From assembly GCA_046583355.1 (NCBI GenBank), contig JAYGCM010000019.1:8381-72380 (forward strand): 64,000 bases of DNA, given 5' to 3'. Shown in pieces: positions 1-7,432 of the stretch. The notes beneath the pieces are model-generated. The model was not told the origin of the DNA and made no database searches. It worked only from the letters and a program-made list of their open reading frames with translations. A program made the position numbers and the translations under genes. Each line of letters begins with the position of its first letter. Position 1 is the first letter of the stretch. Source of the stretch: Deltaproteobacteria bacterium (GTDB lineage: Bacteria; Desulfobacterota; Binatia; UBA12015).

Positions 1-1
1 G

Positions 2-622
2 CCGGCCGTCGCGATCGGACTTTCCTGGTCCGAGGTCCACCCGCTGGCAGCGGGCGCCGACGCGCCCTTTTCCCTCGGTTCGTCCATGCTCTTCACCTGG
101 CTCGGCGAGGCGATTCTCGGCGTGGACCCCGAGAGCGTGACCATCCTGCTGCATCCAGTCGCGATCGCAGGCTGGTTCGGCTTCTTCGTGACCTTCCTCA
201 ATCTTCTGCCGGTCGGGCAATTGGATGGCGGGCATGTCGCCTACGCTTGGCTGGGCAAACGCCATCGCGTGGTCGCGCGCGGCTTCTTGCTGCTGCTCAT
301 CGGGCTCTACCTGATCCCCGGCGGCTGGGATGGCTGGCTGCTCTGGGCCGGCCTGCTCTTCTTTGTCCTTCGCATCGACCACCCCGAAACCGCCGACCGC
401 GACACCCCGCTCGACCCGAAGCGTCAGGCGGCGGCGTGGGCGACTGCGGCGGTCTTTGTCGTGACCTTCATGCCGATTCCTTTCGAGGTGAATCCAGGTT
501 CGGGCAATGAGCCCCCGCGCATCGAACGTCGCCACCGCCCCGACCCGCCACCTCGCGACCTTGTCGAAGTCGGCGCCGATGTGGACGAGACGCGCGAAAT
601 CGGGTTAACCATCTCCCTATGA
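2..622 (+). CDS. Site-2 protease family (M50) membrane metalloprotease, 5'-truncated by window edge
   Basis: Frame open from position 2; NLLPVGQLDGGH motif of M50 proteases; hydrophobic segments. Confidence 0.85.
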   Translation, partial: PAVAIGLSWSEVHPLAAGADAPFSLGSSMLFTWLGEAILGVDPESVTILLHPVAIAGWFGFFVTFLNLLPVGQLDGGHVAYAWLGKRHRVVARGFLLLLIGLYLIPGGWDGWLLWAGLLFFVLRIDHPETADRDTPLDPKRQAAAWATAAVFVVTFMPIPFEVNPGSGNEPPRIERRHRPDPPPRDLVEVGADVDETREIGLTISL

Positions 623-1080
623 GTGGAGATCGCCTTTCCTGGGACCAGTATTTCCTCACCATCACCCGTCAGGTAGCCGAGCGCTCGACCTGTACGCGCG
701 CCAAGGTCGGCGCGACGATCGTGCGGGCCAAGAGCATCCTCGCCACGGGCTACAACGGCTCGCCCTCAGGCGCGCCGCATTGCACCGAGGTCGGCTGCCT
801 GATCGTCGAATCGACGACGCCCGAGGGCGATACCGAGGAAAATTGCTTCCGCACCATCCACGCCGAGATCAACGCGATTGCGCAAGCCGCCAAGAACGGA
901 ACCTCGATTCAGGGTGCGAGCGTCTACATCACGCACTCGCCCTGTTTCCATTGCCTCAAGACGCTGGTGAATACAGGGATTGAAGCGATCTACTTCGAGA
1001 AGCCCTACAAACTCGACCGCGTAGCCGAGTTGGTCGGGCAGACCGGCATCACGCTCCACCAGGTCGAATTTACCGGCTGA
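619..1080 (+). CDS. dCMP deaminase family protein (ComEB-like)
   Basis: WDQYF, RSTC, GYNG, HAEINAI and PCxxC zinc motifs; ATGA overlap with upstream gene. Confidence 0.9.
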   Translation: MSGDRLSWDQYFLTITRQVAERSTCTRAKVGATIVRAKSILATGYNGSPSGAPHCTEVGCLIVESTTPEGDTEENCFRTIHAEINAIAQAAKNGTSIQGASVYITHSPCFHCLKTLVNTGIEAIYFEKPYKLDRVAELVGQTGITLHQVEFTG

Positions 1081-3994
1081 CGGCGCGCTTCTTTCGCGGC
1101 GCTACCGGAAAGAGCGGCGCGAGCGCCTTGCCGGTCGCCGTCTCGCCGGCTGCCGCGATCTTTGCCGGCGGGCCTTCGGCAACTATGCGACCGCCCTTCG
1201 CCCCACCCTCCGGGCCGAGGTCGATCAACCAATCCGCCTCGGCAATGAAGTCCGTATTATGCTCGACGACGAGCACGGTATTGCCCTGATCCACCAACTC
1301 GTGGAGCACGCCGACCAGACGGGCCACATCGCTCAGATGCAGCCCTGTCGTCGGTTCGTCAAAGAGAAAGAGCCGTCGCTTGCCATCGCCGCCGGTATCG
1401 AGAAAACTCGCTAGCTTCATGCGCTGTGCTTCGCCGCCGGAGAGCGTCGCCGTGGGCTGTCCCATCGTCAGATAGCCAAGCCCTACCGCGCGCAAGGCCG
1501 CGAGCCGGGCAAGCAGACGCGGTGCGTCGGCGAAAAATTCACAGGCCGCATCGATCGTCATCCGCAAGACTTCATCGATCGCGACACCCCGATAATGCAT
1601 CTCCAGCACATGCGTCCGGAAACGCCGCCCGCCACACGCTTCGCATCCGACCGTCAGGTCGGCCATGAAATGCATCTCGATGGTCGTGGTCCCGATGCCG
1701 CTGCATTCTTCGCAACGGCCGCCGACCGCATTGAAGGAAAAGGCTCCCGCCTTGAGCCCCGCCGCCTTCGCCTCGGGCGTCGCGGCAAAAATCTTGCGGA
1801 CTTCATCCCAGGCCTTGAGGTAGGTCGCCGGGTTGGACCGCGAAGAGCGGCCCACCGGAGCCTGCGTCATCAACACCAGCTCGTCGAAATCCTCCAGACC
1901 TTCCAACGAGTCGAACTCACCGGGCGCAGCCGCCAGGCCGCGCTGGCGCAGGTAGCCCTGGAAGAGAATATGCTCGACCAGGGTGGATTTACCGGAGCCG
2001 GAGACACCGGTCACACAACTCAGGCGGTCGCGCGGAATTTTGACGTGCAGATCAGCCAGGTTGTTCTCGCGGGCACCGCGGATCGCTATATGAGAACGCG
2101 CCCGCGGACGTGGCTTGCGCCCGCTCCGGCGCCCGCGTGCAGCCAGCAACGCACCTGTTGCCGAATCGCCCGCCCGTAATTTCTTCGGCGGTCCGGCAAA
2201 GACCACCTCGCCCCCCTCGGAGCCACCGCCGGGCCCCAAATCGATCAGCCAGGAAGCCCCTTCGATCAGGACCGGATCGTGCTCGACCAGAACCACGGTA
2301 TTCCCTGCCTCGATGAGATTACCCAGAACGCCGAGCAGGCGCTCCGAGTCCCGCGCATGCAAGCCGACGGTTGGTTCATCCAGGCAATAGAGCGTATCGG
2401 TCAGAGCGGCGCCCAACGCGCTCGCCAGATGAATCCGCTGCGCCTCGCCACCGGAGAGCGTACGCGCCTGGCGCGCCAGCGTCAGGTAGTCGAGCCCGAC
2501 ATCGACCAGATAGCGAAACCGACTGCGCACTTCGTCGAGCAGGCGGGTGGAGCGCGACGAGACGCGCGAATCGAGCCTGAGTTCGGAGACCCAATGCAAT
2601 CCTTCGCCGATCGGCATCGCCGCGATATCGGCCATGTTCTTGCCGCCGATCGTCACGGCCAATGCCTCTTTACGCAGCCGCGCGCCCTGGCAATCCCCGC
2701 AGGGCGTATAGCCTCGGTAGCGGGCCAATAGCACCCGCACATGCGTTTTATATCGTTTACGATCCAACCAGGCGAAAAATCCGTTCAAGCCGAAATAGCG
2801 CTCGCGGGCGATCTTGTTCTTTGCCGTCTCGCCCTCCATCACGAACGCACGCTGTTCCGCCGTCATTGCTTCCCAGGGAATATCTGTCGGGATGCCGTGC
2901 GCCTTCGCGGTACGCAAAAGCCAACGATGCAGCGGGCGATTGGCCGGCGTCGACCAGATCGCAATAGCATCTTCCTCGATGGTTTTACGCGGGTCAGGGA
3001 TCACCTTATCCAGGTCAATTCCAGCAATGCGACCGAAACCTTCGCAAGTCGGGCATGCGCCGAGCGGGCTGTTGAAGGAGAAGAGCTGCGGCGTCGGGTC
3101 GGGCATACCGCGACCGCAGGAGCGGCAGGAAAAACGACGGTCGAGCTCGATGATGCGCGTCTCGGCCTCGGCCTCGCAGACCAGATCCACCCGCCCCTGA
3201 GCCATCGCGAAGGCCGCTTCGAGTGCCTCACGCATCCGTGCCTGGCGTGTTTTGCCGACCGTGATGCGGTCCACCACAACGGGCAGGATCCGGGTCGGCC
3301 CAGCCGCTCGGGTTTTGTTTTTTACGGCTGCCTTTTTTTTCTTCTTGCGGCCACGCGAGCGTCGATCACTGCCGGCCAAATAAGGCGTCGCGCGCTCGGC
3401 GGCGAGCGGCAGATCACCAAGCTCGGAATCTTCCTGCAACCGAACCAATGCGCCTTCGTGCCAAAGCCGTCGGTAGCCGTTCTTCAGCAGACCGGCGAGG
3501 AGATCCGCGCTCGGCACATCGCCCACCTCGATCGGCGCCACGACCAGAACCACCTGCCCCGACGCCAATGCTTCGAGCTCCTGCAGACCGGTTTGAGGAT
3601 CGTCACGCAGCACCGGACCGGCGCAATCCGGGCAACGGGTCTCACCGGCGCCGGCGAAAAGCAGGCGGAGGTGGTCGTTGATCTCGGTGATCGTGCCCAC
3701 CGTCGAGCGTGCGTTGCGAATCGTATTCTTCTGCGCCAGCGCCAGCGCCGGTGGGACGTTGGAGAGAAAGTCCACATCCGGACGCTCCATGCGTTCGAGA
3801 AAAAGGCGCGAATAGGTAGACATCGATTGCACAAAGCGCCGCTGACCTTCGGCGTAAAGCGTGTCGAAGACCAGGCTCGACTTGCCCGATCCCGAGACCC
3901 CCGTCACCACCGTCAATGCGCGCGGCGGAATCGTGCAATCGACACTCTTCAGATTATGCGTCCGTGCCCCACGGATCTCGATATTTCCCTTCAC
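1070..3994 (-). CDS. uvrA: Excinuclease ABC subunit UvrA
   Basis: Two ABC cassettes (GVSGSGKS, LSGGEAQR, DEPT) and CxxC zinc fingers; start moved to GTG at 3994 (VKGNIEIRGARTHNLK). Confidence 0.92.
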   Translation of the reverse strand: MKGNIEIRGARTHNLKSVDCTIPPRALTVVTGVSGSGKSSLVFDTLYAEGQRRFVQSMSTYSRLFLERMERPDVDFLSNVPPALALAQKNTIRNARSTVGTITEINDHLRLLFAGAGETRCPDCAGPVLRDDPQTGLQELEALASGQVVLVVAPIEVGDVPSADLLAGLLKNGYRRLWHEGALVRLQEDSELGDLPLAAERATPYLAGSDRRSRGRKKKKKAAVKNKTRAAGPTRILPVVVDRITVGKTRQARMREALEAAFAMAQGRVDLVCEAEAETRIIELDRRFSCRSCGRGMPDPTPQLFSFNSPLGACPTCEGFGRIAGIDLDKVIPDPRKTIEEDAIAIWSTPANRPLHRWLLRTAKAHGIPTDIPWEAMTAEQRAFVMEGETAKNKIARERYFGLNGFFAWLDRKRYKTHVRVLLARYRGYTPCGDCQGARLRKEALAVTIGGKNMADIAAMPIGEGLHWVSELRLDSRVSSRSTRLLDEVRSRFRYLVDVGLDYLTLARQARTLSGGEAQRIHLASALGAALTDTLYCLDEPTVGLHARDSERLLGVLGNLIEAGNTVVLVEHDPVLIEGASWLIDLGPGGGSEGGEVVFAGPPKKLRAGDSATGALLAARGRRSGRKPRPRARSHIAIRGARENNLADLHVKIPRDRLSCVTGVSGSGKSTLVEHILFQGYLRQRGLAAAPGEFDSLEGLEDFDELVLMTQAPVGRSSRSNPATYLKAWDEVRKIFAATPEAKAAGLKAGAFSFNAVGGRCEECSGIGTTTIEMHFMADLTVGCEACGGRRFRTHVLEMHYRGVAIDEVLRMTIDAACEFFADAPRLLARLAALRAVGLGYLTMGQPTATLSGGEAQRMKLASFLDTGGDGKRRLFLFDEPTTGLHLSDVARLVGVLHELVDQGNTVLVVEHNTDFIAEADWLIDLGPEGGAKGGRIVAEGPPAKIAAAGETATGKALAPLFPVAPRKKRAVSR

Positions 3995-4018
3995 CTCGGA
4001 TTGCCTATCTCGGGTGGT

Positions 4019-4696
4019 ATGAGTGTGCCAATGCGAGGCGAACTCCAAGTAGCTGATTGGGCCGCGCGGGGGATCCCGCACGGCTTCGCGCCTCCGGATA
4101 CGGCGGTGGCTCCCGGCCTGATTCTGGTGCGAGCAACGCAAGTGCATGGCGACACGATTGTCTCGGTCGATGCCGCAAGCGCATCACCCATTGCGTCGGC
4201 CGACGGTCTTCTGACCAACACCCCCGGCGTTGCCGTCGCCATCGCCACCGCCGATTGCGTGCCCATTCTTCTATGCAGTCCCGGCGGCCAGCGCGTTGCC
4301 GCCGTCCACGCCGGCTGGCGCGGGACGCTCGCCGATATCACCGGCCGCGCCGTTCGGCGCCTGGCTGCGGACTCCGGCAATCCCGCCAACTTACAAGCGG
4401 CGATTGGGCCCTGCATCGGGCCTTGTTGCTTTGAGGTCGAGGCCGATTTTCAAGACCGTTTCGTGAACCAATTCGGAGCGGAGATCCGTGCGTGCTGGCG
4501 CGAGGGCCGTGCGGGCCATGGCATGCTGGACCTACGCGCCGTGAACCATCTACTGCTGCGCCGCGCCGGACTGCCCGATGCGGCGATCTTCGCGGTCGGC
4601 CCCTGCACCTCGTGTGGCGACGGCGGCTTTGCCTCCTTTCGCCGCGACGGAATGCGCGCCGGGCGGCAACTCAGCTGGATCGGATGCCCGACATGA
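4019..4696 (+). CDS. pgeF: Peptidoglycan editing factor PgeF / YfiH (polyphenol oxidase family)
   Basis: QVHG, ADGL, TADCVP, HAGWRG, GPCIGPCCFEV, SFRR motifs; true gene is the 3' part of ORF 2741..4696. Confidence 0.88.
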   Translation: MSVPMRGELQVADWAARGIPHGFAPPDTAVAPGLILVRATQVHGDTIVSVDAASASPIASADGLLTNTPGVAVAIATADCVPILLCSPGGQRVAAVHAGWRGTLADITGRAVRRLAADSGNPANLQAAIGPCIGPCCFEVEADFQDRFVNQFGAEIRACWREGRAGHGMLDLRAVNHLLLRRAGLPDAAIFAVGPCTSCGDGGFASFRRDGMRAGRQLSWIGCPT

Positions 4697-5760
4697 GCAC
4701 CGCGCCAAGCCGAGCCAACCACGGCGCGACTCCTGTGCCGAAGGGCGCGGCGCAAAGTCGCGATACGCGGCTGCGCCGCCAGTTGCTGCGTTGGTGGGAT
4801 AGCGGCCACCGCGACCTACCCTGGCGCGAACGCGCCGATTCCTACGGCATCTGGATTGCCGAGGTGATGGCCCAGCAGACCCGACTCGCCGTGGTAGCTC
4901 CGGCCTGGGAGCGCTTCATGGCAGCCTTCCCGGACATCGAAACGCTGGCGCACGCCGACGAGGAAGCCGTGCTCTCGCTCTGGTCCGGGCTGGGCTATTA
5001 TTCGCGCGCACGCGCGTTGCACCGCGCCGCGGGGGAATTGCACGCCGCGGGCGAGAGCGAGTTCCCACGCGAATGGGAGGCGGCGCGCGCGCTACCGGGT
5101 GTAGGCGACTATACCGCCGCCGCCGTACTCTCGATCGCCCATCAGCGGCCGCATGCTGCCGTCGATGGCAATGTCGTCCGGGTTCTCTCACGCCTCGACC
5201 GGCTCGGCGCAGCGGATGCGAAAAAAGAGCCCTACACCACGCGCGCCGGCGAACTCCTCGCGACACGGCGCCCCGGCGACTGGAACGAAGCCCTGATGGA
5301 ACTCGGGGAGACCTTCTGTCGCCCCAAGAATCCGATCTGCACAGGCTGCCCCTGGCACGCAGAATGCGCGGCCCGACTGGGCGATGTGATTGAGCAGCAC
5401 CCGCCCAGGAAGAAGCGGCGCGCCATGATTCAGGTCGGCCTCGTGATGGAGCTCCTGCGCGACCGCACGGGTCGTCTCCTGCTTGAGCGAGGCGCCTTCC
5501 CCTACCTGCCTCACCTCTGGTTACCGCCGATCCGCGAGTTGGCCACCGAGATTCCACGCGGCGATTTCCGCCACACCATCGTCCACCGAAAATTCGAGGT
5601 TCGAGTCACGACAAAAACACTGAGCGTGGCCGGATTAGAGCGTCGCGCTCGGCTTTCCCCTGCCGGCGTCGAGCGCCGGATCATCGAAAGCGGCGAACTG
5701 GCCGCGCTGGGCCGCTCGTCGCTTCTGACCAAGGCATTGCGCCAGGCCGGTTGGGACTGA
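4693..5760 (+). CDS. mutY: A/G-specific adenine glycosylase
   Basis: RDLPWR, EVMAQQT, WSGLGYYSRA, HhH LPGVGDYTA, VDGNVVRV, Cx6Cx2Cx5C Fe-S cluster; ATGA overlap with pgeF. Confidence 0.92.
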   Translation: MSTAPSRANHGATPVPKGAAQSRDTRLRRQLLRWWDSGHRDLPWRERADSYGIWIAEVMAQQTRLAVVAPAWERFMAAFPDIETLAHADEEAVLSLWSGLGYYSRARALHRAAGELHAAGESEFPREWEAARALPGVGDYTAAAVLSIAHQRPHAAVDGNVVRVLSRLDRLGAADAKKEPYTTRAGELLATRRPGDWNEALMELGETFCRPKNPICTGCPWHAECAARLGDVIEQHPPRKKRRAMIQVGLVMELLRDRTGRLLLERGAFPYLPHLWLPPIRELATEIPRGDFRHTIVHRKFEVRVTTKTLSVAGLERRARLSPAGVERRIIESGELAALGRSSLLTKALRQAGWD

Positions 5761-5826
5761 GTCGGGAATCAGGCGCTACGGCAGCCGACGATTGCAGGAT
5801 GCCGCCGCGCGGGGCATGAATCCCGT

Positions 5827-6726
5827 GTGGGCATACCCAGCATCGGCATCGATCTCGGCGGAAGCAAAATCGAAGGCATTCTCCTGGACGGCGATGGCAA
5901 GATCGTTTGCCGCGAACGACTGCCCACCGAACAAAGCAAGGGCTACGAGCATATTCTCTCGCGCATCACGACCTTGGTCCGCAAGCTGGAAGCCGGCAGT
6001 CCCGGCCTACCCGTCGGCATCGGAACACCGGGGTCGCTCTCGGCCCGCGATGGGACGCTCAAGAACTCGAATACACAATGCCTGAACGGTCGCGCGATCC
6101 ATACGGATCTCGAGAATAGGCTCGGCCGCCGGCTGCGCATCGAGAACGATGCGAATTGCTTCGCGCTGGCCGAAGCCAGACTCGGCGCTGGCCGTGGCGC
6201 GCGAATGGTCTTCGGCGTGATCCTCGGCACCGGTGTCGGCGGCGGTATCGTGATCGACGGCCGCATCTGGAGCGGGCCACAGCATATCGCCGGCGAGTGG
6301 GGCCACCATATCATCGACCCCGCCGGACCGCGCTGCTATTGCGGCGCGACCGGGTGCATCGAGAGCCTGCTCTCGGGACCGGCCCTGGCGGCACGCTACG
6401 CCGCAGCCGGCGGCGCTACTCTTGACGCTGCGCAAATCGCGCAACGGGCGGCGGCCGGTGAGGCGTTGGCCTCGCGTCTGCTCAATGAGTGGCTCGACCT
6501 CTTTGGCCGCGCCTTGGCGAATCTCATCACCATTCTCGACCCGGAGATCATCGTACTCGGCGGCGGATTGTCCAATATCGACGGGCTCTACGACCGAGGC
6601 CGCGCGCGAGTCGCGCATTATATCTTCAACGACGAATTGACCACGCCGATCCGCCGCCACCAAATCGGCGACTCCGCGGGCGTCCTCGGCGCCGCCCTTC
6701 TCGCGTCGGCGGCCACCACCCGCTAG
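5827..6726 (+). CDS. ROK family sugar kinase (fructokinase/Mak-like)
   Basis: GIDLGGSKIE, ENDANCFALAE, GTGVGGG, GEWGH, CxCGxxGC. Confidence 0.9.
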   Translation: MGIPSIGIDLGGSKIEGILLDGDGKIVCRERLPTEQSKGYEHILSRITTLVRKLEAGSPGLPVGIGTPGSLSARDGTLKNSNTQCLNGRAIHTDLENRLGRRLRIENDANCFALAEARLGAGRGARMVFGVILGTGVGGGIVIDGRIWSGPQHIAGEWGHHIIDPAGPRCYCGATGCIESLLSGPALAARYAAAGGATLDAAQIAQRAAAGEALASRLLNEWLDLFGRALANLITILDPEIIVLGGGLSNIDGLYDRGRARVAHYIFNDELTTPIRRHQIGDSAGVLGAALLASAATTR

Positions 6727-6736
6727 AGCCGAAGCA

Positions 6737-7369
6737 ATGAGGAAACCAGAGATGAATTGGAAACGATTTTCGATCCCCGCGACCTTGGCCCTGCTCTTGG
6801 CTCTGGCGCCGCGCCCGGCGGTCGCCGAATGCACCTACTCGGTTGCCCCCAATGGCGTCGCGGCGGAATGGACGGCCTTCAAGACCACCAGCAAGGCACC
6901 CGTCAAAGGCCATTTTTCAGAAACTATGCTCGAAGGCCCGCACCAAGCGAGGACGCTCACGGCTCTCGCCAAGGGCCTGCGCATGAAGATCACGGGAAAA
7001 TCCGTCAAGACTGGGAATCCAGGTCGTGATGTGACGATTGCCTCTTTCTTTTTCGCCTTCATGAAAGATGGCGGCGCCATCGAAGGACAAGCGACCAAGG
7101 TCGAGGGCGACGACAAGAAGGGCATCCTCCACATCGATGTGACGATGAACGGCCAGACGCGAGACGTTCCCTTTGCCTACACCATCAGCGACAAGCTCGT
7201 CGTGGCAGCCACCGCGAGTATCGATATTCTCGACTTCCGTATGAAACCGGCCTACGAGCAACTCCACAGAGCCTGCGAGGAGAAGCATACGGGCGACGAT
7301 GGCGTCGCCAAGACCTGGACCACCGTCGACCTGGCGCTGGCCGGCACCATCCTCGCCGACTGCGATTGA
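6737..7369 (+). CDS. Secreted YceI-like lipid/polyisoprenoid-binding protein
   Basis: Signal peptide; WTAFKT..VKGHF, SVKTGNPGRD, MNG pattern of YceI-like barrels. Confidence 0.7.
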   Translation: MRKPEMNWKRFSIPATLALLLALAPRPAVAECTYSVAPNGVAAEWTAFKTTSKAPVKGHFSETMLEGPHQARTLTALAKGLRMKITGKSVKTGNPGRDVTIASFFFAFMKDGGAIEGQATKVEGDDKKGILHIDVTMNGQTRDVPFAYTISDKLVVAATASIDILDFRMKPAYEQLHRACEEKHTGDDGVAKTWTTVDLALAGTILADCD

Positions 7370-7370
7370 C

Positions 7371-7408
7371 GAAAGTCAGGGGCGCAGAAACCTGCGCCCC
7401 CGACTTTC
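7371..7408. terminator. Hairpin, probably a bidirectional terminator between convergent genes
   Basis: GAAAGTC-A-GGGGCGCAG-AAAC-CTGCGCCCC-C-GACTTTC inverted repeat. Confidence 0.7.
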
Positions 7409-7432
7409 AATGCGGCATGCGGGCGACCCGAC

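Noticed and set aside
2741..4018. 651-aa + strand ORF read as one long protein
   Set aside because: The 5' two-thirds is antisense shadow of uvrA; only 4019-4696 carries PgeF motifs
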